DNA of 63,961 bases, filler included, from Octopus bimaculoides (lineage: Eukaryota): the NCBI RefSeq assembly GCF_001194135.2. It is 6 parts of 5 records of this genome, joined end to end, with 100 filler letters (N's around TTAATTAATTAA, not from the genome) between each part and the next. Parts side by side here need not be neighbours in the genome. Positions count along the whole stretch, not along the records: positions 31,849 to 56,620 come from NC_069002.1; 5 more parts are not named here. The stretch is one strand, 5' to 3'. The notes beneath the pieces are model-generated. The model saw nothing but the letters and a program-made list of their open reading frames with translations, was not told the origin of the DNA and did no database searches. Below are positions 40,410 to 53,199 of this stretch, piece by piece. How positions within the stretch are numbered: position 1 is the first letter of the stretch; each line of letters begins with the position of its first letter. Position numbers and translations under genes: made by a program.

Positions 40410-41095
40410 ATTATTATTATTATTATTATTATTATTGTTGTTGTTGTTGTTGTTGTTGCTATTTACTTTTTATCTGCATGGTTGTTACAATCACATGCCA
40501 AGACACCCAACGTCCTGGGGTGAGTGAAGGATAAGAGATGTTACAGTATGACTGAAAGCTTGGGGAGGAGAAGTGGGAGGAACAGTAGCGAAATATCATG
40601 TATCACAACACAATGCAGACATTGAAATTGATAGGGTGTTTCTAAGGATGTGGGCAATACTTGTTAGTACAATCTTTGGGATTTCTTCGAGACATGGTTC
40701 TCTTGGGTCGTTATTCAGATGTTTCTGACATCCCCGCTTTTTTTTTTATCATACCGAAGGCACCTGCAATAACAGGAACAATTCTTGTTTTAAGATGCCA
40801 TACATTTTGTAGTTCAATTTCCAGGTCTTTATATTTACTCAATTTGTCAAATTCCTTTACAGATATGTTTTTATCAGTGGGAACACTTACATCGATTAGT
40901 CTGCAAGTATTTTCTTCCCTGTCTTTAATGACTGTGTCTGGTCGTTTACCCTGGGTCGTTCTATCAGTATTGACTGGAAAAACCCAGAGGATAGTGATTT
41001 TTATTTTCAACGACTGGTTCAGAATGATTTCAACAGAAGTAAGCAGTAGTGCTGATTTTGTAGTGCTTAACAAAGAGTAAAGTTGTTACAGTGTC
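40410..41095 (-). mobile_element. R4/Dong-type LINE 3' fragment (third subfamily)
   Basis: ORF 40711-41073: KRPDTVIKDREENTCRLIDVSVPTDKNISVKEFDKLSKYKDLEIE; then KIVLTSIAHILRNTLSI; (AAC)n(AAT)n tail. Confidence 0.85.
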
Positions 41096-42197
41096 ATGAC
41101 TTTCGACCGCCCGAATCTAATTTTGACTCACTTCTGAATTGAGTGTTGCTTTAATCATGCCTGGTTTTAATGGCAAGCAATTAAAAAAAAAAATATGAAT
41201 GAAAATTCATTTCGGCATCCAAGTATGAGTTCTAACGTAACGATTATCTTATGAAGAAGACCAGAAATTAATGAATGAGCTTCATTGATAAAATCCCAAA
41301 GTAGCTTTTTTCGATTTAAACTAAAGCCAGCTTTTGAAAGATTTAACATCAGAAGAATGAGTTACTGAAACTACTTGAGTTTATTAAGCAAATAAAATAA
41401 ACACTATAGTATACTTAATATAATACTTGATAAAAGAACGTTTATGAAAGACAAGTAGGAAATGGCTAAGAACAACCAATATACTATGATAACTTTTACA
41501 TTTAAAAAGAATGAGTAAGACACAAAGATATGAGTCACTGATAGGTTGAAAGATAGAAAGAAAGTGAAAAATAACATCATGCGAGAATTTACCCTTCATT
41601 TTTAGATAAAAGAAAATATTGCAGATGTATTTCTTTTATGTATCGTCTGCTCAGTTTAACCGATAAATGTTAAACATTTGGTGGACATACTTCCAGTTGT
41701 CCACAGATGTATTTATTCGTTTATTACTGTTGTCCGAGTTTTAATAGCTTTCAATTTGACAGACTCAAATTAATTTTAAAATATCTATCGATTTCTATAG
41801 TTCAGTTTAGTAAAACCAAAATCATTTTAAAATGTGTAAATCTTATTTATTTTAGTCTCTTACGTCATCTCAATTTAATTTTTTTATTTAAATTTCCTGT
41901 GCTTGATTAGTTTTCTTTTATTTTAAACACACCACTCAATTCCAGATTTAATTCAGGTTAATTCACAACTTTAATCTTTCCTATGTTTCTGATAACTTTT
42001 ATCAGACGTTATGGAACGTGGCAATGTATATGGTACAGTAATAGCACAATATTTTATACAATATATTTTTAGATAGTCCCTAGTCGTAATTATCTCCTCT
42101 AAATTATGCTTCCGGTTAACATAACCTGATAGTTTTGAGGCTATAATTTCTTATTTCTACTGTATTTTGTTGCTATATATATATATATATATATATA

Positions 42198-42986
42198 TCT
42201 TAATACATAAAATCGGTACTGTCTGTCTGTCTGTGCGCTTATAACTCGAGTATTGTTCATCCGATCGCGGTGAAATTTTAAACATGGATACATGAGAGAG
42301 CAGGGCGCTCCGTAATCTAAAAAGGATTTTCAAAATAGTTAGTTTCAAAGTGAGAATTGCTATTTTTGTAATCTTTATGTCCTATTTGTTCCGCCATTAA
42401 AACAGCCAGTTGCTCAGACAGATGGCACATACCATTTCGCTAGCAACAAGGGGAGTATAGGATGACAGTCAGCCAAAACCGTCGCTATGCTGTCTCTCTT
42501 CTTTCTTCTCTCTGTGGGGTTAATAATCTTAATCTTTAGTTACAGTTTCTCATTCAAACTACATAATAGGCAGAATTGTCGGATTAAAACAGTAGGGTGT
42601 TTTGAGGGAGATTTGGCTACTATTTATACCAGGTCTTACGTCTGTATTGTTATGTGAGATACTATCCTATATATTATACATTCCTTATGCTTTCCAAAAC
42701 CGAGTTACAGATTTTGACGTATGGGGTATAAAAAGATTCAGTACTATTTTGGCTACAAATTAAACTTAATTTCCATTCACATATTTGCATTTCAAAAATT
42801 TAACATAATCTTTTCCATAAATCAACTATCGTAAAAATTTTATACGATGACATCACATTTTCTAAATGTGTGTGTGCCATCAATCATCGCGACACACACC
42901 TTCACTCACTCACTCTATCTCTCTTTCTCTCTCACATACACACGCACAAGCACGCACGCATGCACGCATGCACGCAGGCACGCACG

Positions 42987-43038
<52 letters not shown>

Positions 43039-44163
43039 CATTTCATATAGAGGTACATACATCTTTCACTTTCTTTCTCTGTTCTTTTCGCTATCTCTTC
43101 TTTCAATTTCTGCTGTCTTCAAATAAAATTTTTACGGATACAACTGCTTACAAAAATAGGGATTAATGTATAATTTCTTTCTATGTTCATAATTTTTTGT
43201 TTACAATATTGGTGAAAATATACCTCTCAAGAAAAGACGTAATCTCTCTAGAAACAAGTATAAAGCAAGGAGGATTGTAGGAAACAGAGGCGAGAGTCTG
43301 AAGAGAAAAGGTAGATGAGACTTTCTCAAGATCAGCGAATGCATGTTGCAGCACTTAATGCTGGATCATTAAGTCAATGTTTTAATGATTAGACAGAATA
43401 GCTCTCAGAAACAAACTACGTACAAATTTGTTCTTCACAACTCCTGAAACTGTTTACAGATATGATCCATCCCATTCTTATAAAAATAATAACTCTGTTC
43501 AAATTGGTGTGCTAAACACAAATTATCTTTCTGCAGAGCTTTAAAATTTTCAAATGAAACAAATGGTATGTGCTGCTCAGGCGGTCAAGTACCAGCTCCT
43601 TCTCAACCTCTTATGGATCTTCTAGAAGGTATTTCCTTCCAATCAAAGGATTTTCTGAACGATATCAGACAATACAACTCTGCAAATGACATCTGCAAAT
43701 GTTTGGTGCATCTAAGAAGATAGATAAACATGAATTTACGTACGACGACGTCAAAGTGCAAGGGCAAGTCTGTCACCTCATTTGTTCCCTGTTACCGACA
43801 AATGAACAACAACAGTTCCTCCAAATTTACTTATTGAGTGATGTAGGACAACAAACCCAAAAGGGGTGTCAACATTTCAGATGATGGGTCGTGTTAGACA
43901 CAACGCCGACTGCTGCAAAAGAGAGTATATCCACTGACAGCTTCTCGGTGCGTTCAAAAATCGCATAACCCCTACAGGTTAGGGCCTGAAATACTCCAAA
44001 CGGACGTATAGCATGTTGCTTATTAGCCCATCATTTACTCCACAAATGTTTTGTTGTCAATGCTGAACTTTCCTGCCTGTATCACCTGTTTCAACATAAC
44101 TGTAATATTTTATATACAAACTATGCCATTTTAATCCCGAGCAAAGCCGAGTGTCTCTGCTAG
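42198..44163 (+). mobile_element. Internally deleted Helitron with both termini
   Basis: A|TCTTAATACATAAAA 5' end, CCCGAGCAAAGCCGAG subterminal motif plus CTAG|T 3' end. 43455-43885 translates to RYDPS..C.ALKFSNETNGMCCSGG..FLNDIRQYNS..FGA..KVQGQV.H..SLLP..FLQIY, the N-terminal part of RepHel. Confidence 0.85.
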
Positions 44164-44179
44164 TATATGTATGTGTGTG

Positions 44180-44210
<31 letters not shown>

Positions 44211-44919
44211 ACACACCCAAAAATAGACATAGAAAGACGACCTAATCTTTTAGGAACATCACCCACAAAATTGGCAAAATATATTTTAGTTTCCGTAGCA
44301 TTTAAATGACATTGTTTAGAGTTAATGAACGTGATACAGTGTTGCGTTTAGTTTTGGTAGACGTTACATCAGGGATAAGATGTTCCTTTCTTCAATGATT
44401 TCGTGTTTATTCGCAAAGAGAGTTTGGGTTGTTCCCATTAGTTTTGATCAACAACAGTAACCACAGTAGTAACAACAATGATAATAGCAATAGTAAAATT
44501 ATCGATTTCCTTAAGAATTTCTCTATTTTGTTTTTACCTTTGTTAATTATTTATTTGTATCGACTTATCTTGTTTAATCCGTAGGACTTACTACCACTGC
44601 GATGTCCGAAACTTATTTGAGGTGTTCTTTGTTTTTATAAGCATTTTCTTTTTCAATTCGTGTAGAGGTACCACAAATTAGAAGTAAGATCTCTACTCAC
44701 TTCTTGATAGAAGTTCAATTCCAGTTTGCGCTCTACAAGGATTTTATCAGAATCATTCGAACAGGTTCAAATTCATATCGTCGGCCATTGAAAGTTTTAT
44801 TCATTTAAACAAAGCATGCAATCAACCAAAGTCATATTATAGCAAATGATATAAAACTGCTGGATACGATCTGTGTCGTCGTGTTGCTATTTAAGTATAC
44901 TACATCATGACATTATCGA

Positions 44920-44983
44920 GTGAAGCAATACTATGTGAAGCAATACTATGTGAAGCAATACTATGTGAAGCAATACTATGTGA
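44920..44983. repeat. 15-bp tandem repeat x4
   Basis: GTGAAGCAATACTAT units. Confidence 0.95.
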
Positions 44984-45109
44984 TCGAAATTTGCGAGACG
45001 GAAATTGTGCAGAATTTCATCGTGCATATTTGTGTGTGTATGTGTTTATGGGAGCATGCATGTATGTGTTATATTTATATATGTATATGTGTATGATTAT
45101 ATGATAGAT

Positions 45110-45282
45110 ATATAGATAGATGGATAGATGGATTGATATATAGATAGATAGATAGATAGATATATAGATAGATAGATAGATGGATAGATAGATAGATAGA
45201 TAGATAGATGGATAGATGGATAGATGGATAGATAGATAGATGGATAGATGGATAGATGGATAGATGGATAGATGGATAGATA
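45110..45282. repeat. (GATA)/(GATG)n microsatellite
   Basis: Direct reading. Confidence 0.95.
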
Positions 45283-45555
45283 TGTGTGTTTATATATATT
45301 TCAAGACGCTTTCAAAACACTACCGCTGGAACTGCCGTTAGTGTTCCAATGCCAAATTTAGTTTCCAAGCGAAAACTGAGGTTAAACTTTTCCGTTTCTG
45401 TGAACTGCTGTTTGCACATTGACTGTGGATTGTTTGCACCAGACGAGTCCAGCATTCAAGAAGATTTGTGCTTTGTTCAAGAATGCGAGAAACTGCATGG
45501 TTCAGAAATCAAGACACTCTCGGCAACCGGCTTTCACAACACGGAAACATCTCCG

Positions 45556-45634
<79 letters not shown>

Positions 45635-45929
45635 GCTCTCTCTTGCGCGCACCTGCACATGACATATATTTATAAGTTGACCAGGTTAAATTTGACGAGT
45701 TTTTATGGCTTTTTTCCCTTTTAATCAGGAAGAGGTTAATGTATTGGTGAACACTCTATGGCATTTGAGAGCATAAGGATGTATTTAAGAATAAGTTAGC
45801 TGGCATTGGGGACTGGAAGCCATTTGTGTCCTGTTGATTCGCGCTGGGTAAAAGCTGTAAGACGTGTGATATGGACAGCTGCAAAGGACACTACGTAACT
45901 GTATTCAGTAACAAGTGACACAACTGACT

Positions 45930-46144
45930 TAGGCTCAATTCAGATGGACGTGGGAAGTTGTTAAAGACTGGCCAAAAACATGACTGGAGAAAGTTGCCCC
46001 TGAAGAACCTTATGTGCGTCAGCAGAACTTGGCTACTTGCAGACACCTCCAGAAAGAGTCAGAAGTGGTTGTTGGGGAATTTCCACGACTTCATTAACCG
46101 CGATTTCTGGCCTCCTAATTCCCTCGATTGTAATCTCATCGACC

Positions 46145-46199
<55 letters not shown>

Positions 46200-46386
46200 G
46201 CACGGTTGAGATAGATACCACCCACTATCTCTGCAACATTAAGGCAGAACTGGTGGCCAAGATCAGGAGAAGTTCGAAGATCAATTTGCCAAGGACACAG
46301 TGATGAGCCGTGTGGGGTGGTGGTAGAAGCTGATCGTGGCTACTTCGAGTGGACAGTTATCTCCCAGCCATAATCCACTTAATTTA
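45930..46386 (+). pseudogene. Tc1/mariner (DD37D/maT-like) transposase C-terminal remnant
   Basis: QQN..C.TSRKSQKWL..NF.DF....WPPNSLDCNLIDHSV...CNIKAEL.AKI...VVEADRGYFE; frameshifted and interrupted by (GT)n. Confidence 0.75.
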
Positions 46387-47261
46387 NNNNNNNNNNNNNN
46401 NNNNNNNNNNNNNNNNNNNNNNNNNNNNNNNNNNNNNNNNNNNNNNNNNNNNNNNNNNNNNNNNNNNNNNNNNNNNNNNNNNNNNNNNNNNNNNNNNNNN
46501 NNNNNNNNNNNNNNNNNNNNNNNNNNNNNNNNNNNNNNNNNNNNNNNNNNNNNNNNNNNNNNNNNNNNNNNNNNNNNNNNNNNNNNNNNNNNNNNNNNNN
46601 NNNNNNNNNNNNNNNNNNNNNNNNNNNNNNNNNNNNNNNNNNNNNNNNNNNNNNNNNNNNNNNNNNNNNNNNNNNNNNNNNNNNNNNNNNNNNNNNNNNN
46701 NNNNNNNNNNNNNNNNNNNNNNNNNNNNNNNNNNNNNNNNNNNNNNNNNNNNNNNNNNNNNNNNNNNNNNNNNNNNNNNNNNNNNNNNNNNNNNNNNNNN
46801 NNNNNNNNNNNNNNNNNNNNNNNNNNNNNNNNNNNNNNNNNNNNNNNNNNNNNNNNNNNNNNNNNNNNNNNNNNNNNNNNNNNNNNNNNNNNNNNNNNNN
46901 NNNNNNNNNNNNNNNNNNNNNNNNNNNNNNNNNNNNNNNNNNNNNNNNNNNNNNNNNNNNNNNNNNNNNNNNNNNNNNNNNNNNNNNNNNNNNNNNNNNN
47001 NNNNNNNNNNNNNNNNNNNNNNNNNNNNNNNNNNNNNNNNNNNNNNNNNNNNNNNNNNNNNNNNNNNNNNNNNNNNNNNNNNNNNNNNNNNNNNNNNNNN
47101 NNNNNNNNNNNNNNNNNNNNNNNNNNNNNNNNNNNNNNNNNNNNNNNNNNNNNNNNNNNNNNNNNNNNNNNNNNNNNNNNNNNNNNNNNNNNNNNNNNNN
47201 NNNNNNNNNNNNNNNNNNNNNNNNNNNNNNNNNNNNNNNNNNNNNNNNNNNNNNNNNNNNN

Positions 47262-47311
<50 letters not shown>

Positions 47312-47504
47312 AAGGTGTCAACAGTATGTTTCTATTTGGAGTTTTAGATATACATACATGCATACATGCATGCATACATACATTCATACATACATAATAT
47401 ACGTGTGTGTGAGACTGTATGTATATACATGCACATACATGAGATTGTAAACATTAGCATGAGAACATTTGCATCTGCATGTATGCATGTGTTCACACAC
47501 ACAT

Positions 47505-47594
<90 letters not shown>

Positions 47595-49916
47595 ACACAC
47601 ACACACGCACAAACACAAACACCAACTCCTATCCGCAACAGAATGCACAGTTGTGAGATAATGACAGCTAATGTTGCCTGCAGAAGATGTACCTGGATTC
47701 TGGTCGACACGATCCAAACCGCCTGAAAAGCAAACATTATTTTACAGAATTCCTCTATTGTCTGCGATTTTTGATTTGGAATAACTCACCATTTTCCCAT
47801 TACATTGCTGGAATTGATTTCTTGTTTTCACTTTATTTATTCACTCATACATGTGTGCGTGTGCGTACTCTCGCGCGCTCGCGTGTACATTTGCCGTGCT
47901 TGGATGTATTTATGCTTGTTCTTGTATTTGTACATATATTTATCTATTTTTGTGTGTATTTCTCTCTCTCTCTCTCTCTCCCTCTTTTTGTCTCTGTACC
48001 TCTATTTGTCTGTCTGTCAGTCTGCTTGTTTGTCTGTCTCTTTCTCTCTCACTCTCTCTTGCTTTCTGTCTGTCTGTCTGTCTCTTTCGTATAACTGCAT
48101 GTTTCAGTCTGAAACCTTTATGCATATATATTTGTGTTTCTNNNNNNNNNNNNNNNNNNNNNNNNNNNNNNNNNNNNNNNNNNNNNNNNNNNNNNNNNNN
48201 NNNNNNNNNNNNNNNNNNNNNNNNNNNNNNNNNNNNNNNNNNNNNNNNNNNNNNNNNNNNNNNNNNNNNNNNNNNNNNNNNNNNNNNNNNNNNNNNNNNN
48301 NNNNNNNNNNNNNNNNNNNNNNNNNNNNNNNNNNNNNNNNNNNNNNNNNNNNNNNNNNNNNNNNNNNNNNNNNNNNNNNNNNNNNNNNNNNNNNNNNNNN
48401 NNNNNNNNNNNNNNNNNNNNNNNNNNNNNNNAAAAAACAATTATAATGATTTTTTGTTATTTCTAAAAACAAAATGGATATATAGAATAAAACTAATTTT
48501 TAAACTATATTGAATAAAATAATTTTTGCCGATATTAATTTACTTCTATTTTTTTAATTTCTACATCATTTTGTTGAACATTGTCACGTTTTTTGTTATT
48601 GTTGTTTTATGTAATTTTTACGCTTTTCCAATTAAAAAATTATTGAATACGCAAAAAATGAAAGAGTTTTATATATATTTTTTTGAAGCAGCTTTCAACC
48701 ATAAAAATATTGAGATTTCATTGAATAAAATAAAATTTGCGTGAGGCCATTTAGAATGTATTTATAAATATTTAACAAAGTATTTGTTTAGGGAAGGATT
48801 CGTAATTTTGATGTTGTTTATGTAGTTTTTATAGTCGTTCTTTTATTATTTTATGTTGGTGGTGATGTGTGTGTGTGGGGGGATGTGTGTACATCTTTTT
48901 TCCGATTCTTTCTTCCCGTCATTAACAGGCTGAAATGATGAGGCGCTTCCTCTTAGTTTGTATAAAAATCTACTTGAGGACTTTTAACTTTGTATGAAGT
49001 TTTCTGTGCGTTGCTTGATACAAATTGTCATCTCTCTAGCTATCTAACCACGCAACAAACGACATAAAAAAAAAAGAAAACTTTTAGGTGATCGTTAATT
49101 GACCCGCTAGAAATAACAGTCACACATCCCTTAAATCATACACTCCCTGAGTATATGACAAAGGATGTTCACGGCTCGATTATAATTCCCCTCAATCAGG
49201 GAGGAACTTCTATTTGGACAATTGTCATACTTGAAATAGCAGCCAAATTTCTCTCAGATTACACTCTATCGGTTCAGAAGACAATACAGTTGGTATGATC
49301 CTGGGAAGATCACAGTCAGAATGCATTTGAATATCGATCTCTTCGATCAGGTTTCATCGAGAACAATAATTTAGAAACATCATCGGGATTCATTGATATA
49401 CTGGAAATAACAGGAAATGCTCCCGAAACCCCTTTCTAAATAGAATCATAGGACTCATATATTTGATAATTGAAAAGGAGACGGAATAGTCATGGATAGA
49501 GCGATTTTCACCCTACATCCGCTTGATCAGCACTGGTCTGTGGTTTAAAAACATTGACAATAACAAGATTAGAGTCCTTTGCTGAAGATTAAGCTTGCTA
49601 AATGAAGCAGTTAAACCTCACCCAAATGCCACTCTAGTGTCTTCAATAAGGGAAGGTTACGTTAGAGAATTGACATCTCTGATTTACATGATATAAATGG
49701 GATGGTCACAGCTGGAACGTCTTTGGTCATAAGTTTGTTTGATCGGACTGACGTGGTCAAAACAATAACATTGATTTCAACAATACCAACGAAAATCCGG
49801 TATCGATTTCCCATAGAAGTTCATTTCACTTTAATTAACATGCTAGTCAAGAAAACCCTTGACTTGAACATAAACATACAATTCTTACATTTGGCCTCCT
49901 CTTAAAATGTGAGAGT

Positions 49917-50297
49917 GGAGGCGCAAGGGCCCAGTGGTTAGGGCAGCGGACTCGCGGTCATAGGATCGCGGTTTCGATTCCTAGACCGGGCGTTGTGAGT
50001 GTTTATTGAGCGAAAACACCTAAAGCACCACGAGGCTCCGGCAGGGGATGGTGGCGAACCCTGCTGTACTCTTTCACCACAACTTTCTCTCACTCTTACT
50101 TCCTGTTTCTGTTGTGCTTGCAATTCAAAAGGTCAGCCTTGTCACACTGTGTCACGCTGAATATCCCCGAGAACTACGTTAAGGGTACACGTGTCTGTGG
50201 AGTGCTCAGCCACTTGCACGTTAATTTCACGAGCAGGCTGTTCCGTTGATCGGATCAACTGGAACCCTCGACGTCGTAAGCGACGGAGTGCCAACAC
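49917..50297 (+). mobile_element. Full-length young tRNA-derived SINE with target-site duplication
   Basis: A-box GGCCCAGTGGTTAGG, B-box GGTTTCGATTCC; 13-bp TSD AAAATGTGAGA(G/A)T at 49904-49916 and 50298-50310. Confidence 0.9.
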
Positions 50298-50713
50298 AAA
50301 ATGTGAGAATTTTTTCACCAATCAAGAAGCAAACCAAACTTTGTGAGGCGATTCGTATTTCTTGTTTGTGGATTGTTAGAAACATGGGAAATCGGAAGAA
50401 ATGCCTTGCGGATTCGATCGCGTCTCTTTGTGCTCTCAGTTCAAACCATAACAAAGACAAATTTCAGCTTTTAGAAAGACTCGATCGCATGCATCTTGCC
50501 TGAAGTCGATATATTTGTCCCCACTTCTATCACTTTTGCTTATTTCCAGAAAATGTTCATATATTTTGTTAGGGAGAAGGAAAATTATTATTAAAACAGA
50601 ATCTAATTAACAGTTGCCCCTTTCTTCATTAAAGCAACAATTCTCATTTAATATCCTACCATAAATGGTGGCACACTACACGTAACTACGCCACTCTGTA
50701 TTTTATGTTATAG

Positions 50714-50782
50714 GATCAACAAAAATCATTATTGAGGATTTGAGCACATACGCTCCTGATAGTTACATGCATCTATTTAATA
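50714..50782 (+). other. Candidate symmetric (phase 1-1) coding exon, 69 nt
   Basis: TGTATTTTATGTTATAG| ... AATA|GTAAGT; single open frame STKIIIEDLSTYAPDSYMHLFN. Confidence 0.3.
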
Positions 50783-52021
50783 GTAAGTAAAGTTTTACGT
50801 ATAGTAAAGTTTACTGCTGTTTCAAGCACGTACAGTCCTATTTTTCTGTGAATTTGGCTCTTGCATTTCATACTTCATGTCTTAGATGCTGTTGATACTC
50901 TGCAAAGTTCAAGGGAAACCCACAATGGAGCCTTATTAACACCGAAGACAGTACTGCTACTGAGCATAGTTGTCCTAGACGGCATCCAGAAGACACAACC
51001 CTACTGACTAGTGTATAATCACTCACAGACACGCTCCAGCTTCTGTCTCTGCCTTCCTCGTTTATCTTTTCCACTGGTAATGTATTAGTTTCTATACCCC
51101 AGAGCTGGTTGTTGGACTCCTGTCATTTCTACAAAGACCTTCCTGAGCCCCTCGTTTCTTCTCCTCTTACCATTTTTGTTCTATACAGACCATCGAAACC
51201 GTACACAAATAGTTTCTGCTAGACCTTCATTCTTGTACTTCAATCTTATAGAATTCTATCCCTGCCCCTGTCCTTCCTACAATTACTGATTGGTAAAGAT
51301 TCGATACATCATTAATGGATCAATTTCATCGAGTCAGTAATGTTTGAAATTGTCATGGACACTGTTTATTCGTCCAAACCATGAATGCAAAAAGTAAACA
51401 GAAAAGAAAAACAAAACGCGGAAATATTTTCATCCACATATCATTCAAGTGTGCTGACTGAAAAAATATTTTTAAAGTTTAGCTTTGTTCTGTTTTGCGT
51501 CTTCCATATTCTTTGTTCATGATTGTACAAATAAGAAATGCAACGTTCCGATATATTTCTCCAGAGAGTAAATATCTGTTATTTATTCATCAGTCAAAGA
51601 ATTGTTGCTGTAATGACTATTCTATCTTTATGAATATTCCATCTTCAGGTCCTATGTATTCGAATCCTAATTGAATCTACATGACAAGTATTACGGCCTC
51701 CTGTATTCTTAGAGCTTAAATCGTTTCTCCTTCTTTTCGTCTTGTGTGTTGAGGAACTTGTTCTGTGAATAATTTCAAATGTGTATGAAAGCAAAATAAC
51801 CCCATAAGCCAGATGATAATGCAAGAGAGAACGCTCTTAATGTACAACGAAACTTAAGACGTGACAGATGATTTCAAGGTCAGCTCAGGATGGTTTCTGT
51901 GATTCAAGCATTGATACAATTTTTAATGTTAAGGTCCAAGTCAAAAGTAATAGCAGCTACCGAGTCGCCTGCAAGGATAGCGAAGATTATACATACATAC
52001 ATACATACATACATACATACA

Positions 52022-52057
<36 letters not shown>

Positions 52058-52214
52058 TATACATACATAAACATGTATANNNNNNNNNNNNNNNNNNNNN
52101 NNNNNNNNNNNNNNNNNNNNNNNNNNNNNNNNNNNNNNNNNNNNNNNNNNNNNNNNNNNNNNNNNNNNNNNNNNNNNNNNNNNNNNNNNNNNNNNNNNNN
52201 NNTATATATATGTA

Positions 52215-53169
52215 TATCAATTCATTAGGAATGAAATGTCCGATTTTCTTATGCACTAAGTTTGACAGTCGTTAACTGAAATGTTTTATCCTGACAATTC
52301 TTTGTTTTACAACATTGAAGAATTAGATCATCACGTTTTGAAATGCAATTCATGGTGTTTGATTACATTGTGAGTTTTCTCTTGTAAATCAATTTTTGTG
52401 AACCCATGGATAGATCAGAAATGAGGTGTTTGGTGAAGAAGAGGCGACTGACCGCACTGTGCGTCGATGGTTTGAGAAGTTCCGGTCTGGCGACTATACT
52501 CTTAAAAATCATCCCCGTGGTTGACCTGAGATCAAGGTGGATAATGATGGGCTGGAAACTGTAGTGAAGCGTATACATCTCAAACTACCCGTGAGTTAGC
52601 AGCAAGGTTTGATGTTTCGATTCCAACTGTATTGGACCATCTGAAAGAAATCAGCAAGGTAAAGAAGTTGGACAAATGGGTACCACACAAATTGAACGAG
52701 CATCAAATGTCACATTGTCTTGGAACTTGCTGTTCTTTGCTGCCACAGCATAAAAGCGAACGATTTTTGCATCGTATTGTTACGTGTAATGAAATATGGA
52801 TACTTTTTCAACAATAGCAAGCGTTTTGTACGGTTGTTAGATAGAAACAAAGTGCCAAAACACAATCCAAAAAAAGAATATTCACCAAAAAAGCTAATGG
52901 TGTCTGTTTGGTGGTCCAGCGCTGGTGTCATCCACTACAGCTTCATGAGACTTGGGAAGTCAATTCCAGCGGATGTATACATCAACCAACTGGGTGAAAT
53001 AATGAGTGAACTTGCAATTAAGCAACTGAGATTGGTCTATTGAGACAGGCCATTTCTCTTGCAAGAGAATTTGGGTGCATACCTTGATTAACTGCATTGC
53101 TTTTTGATGAGATAAAGCAAAATCAACTTTCAGTTCAAAATCGGACATTTCATTCTTAATGACGTGATG
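52215..53169 (+). mobile_element. Mariner transposon, internally deleted and pseudogenised, both TIRs present
   Basis: 33-bp TIRs (TCATTA(G/A)GAATGAAATGTCCGATTTT core) flanked by TA; RTVRRWFEKFRSGD HTH, WVPHKL, IVTCNE and LLQEN (catalytic D residues mutated), KKLMVSVWW. Confidence 0.9.
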
Positions 53170-53199
53170 TACATCTATCTATCTATCTATCTATCTATA

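Noticed and set aside
49917-49990. tRNA gene
   Set aside because: A and B boxes are present but there is no cloverleaf acceptor stem; it continues into a 300-bp body with a TSD, so it is a SINE head
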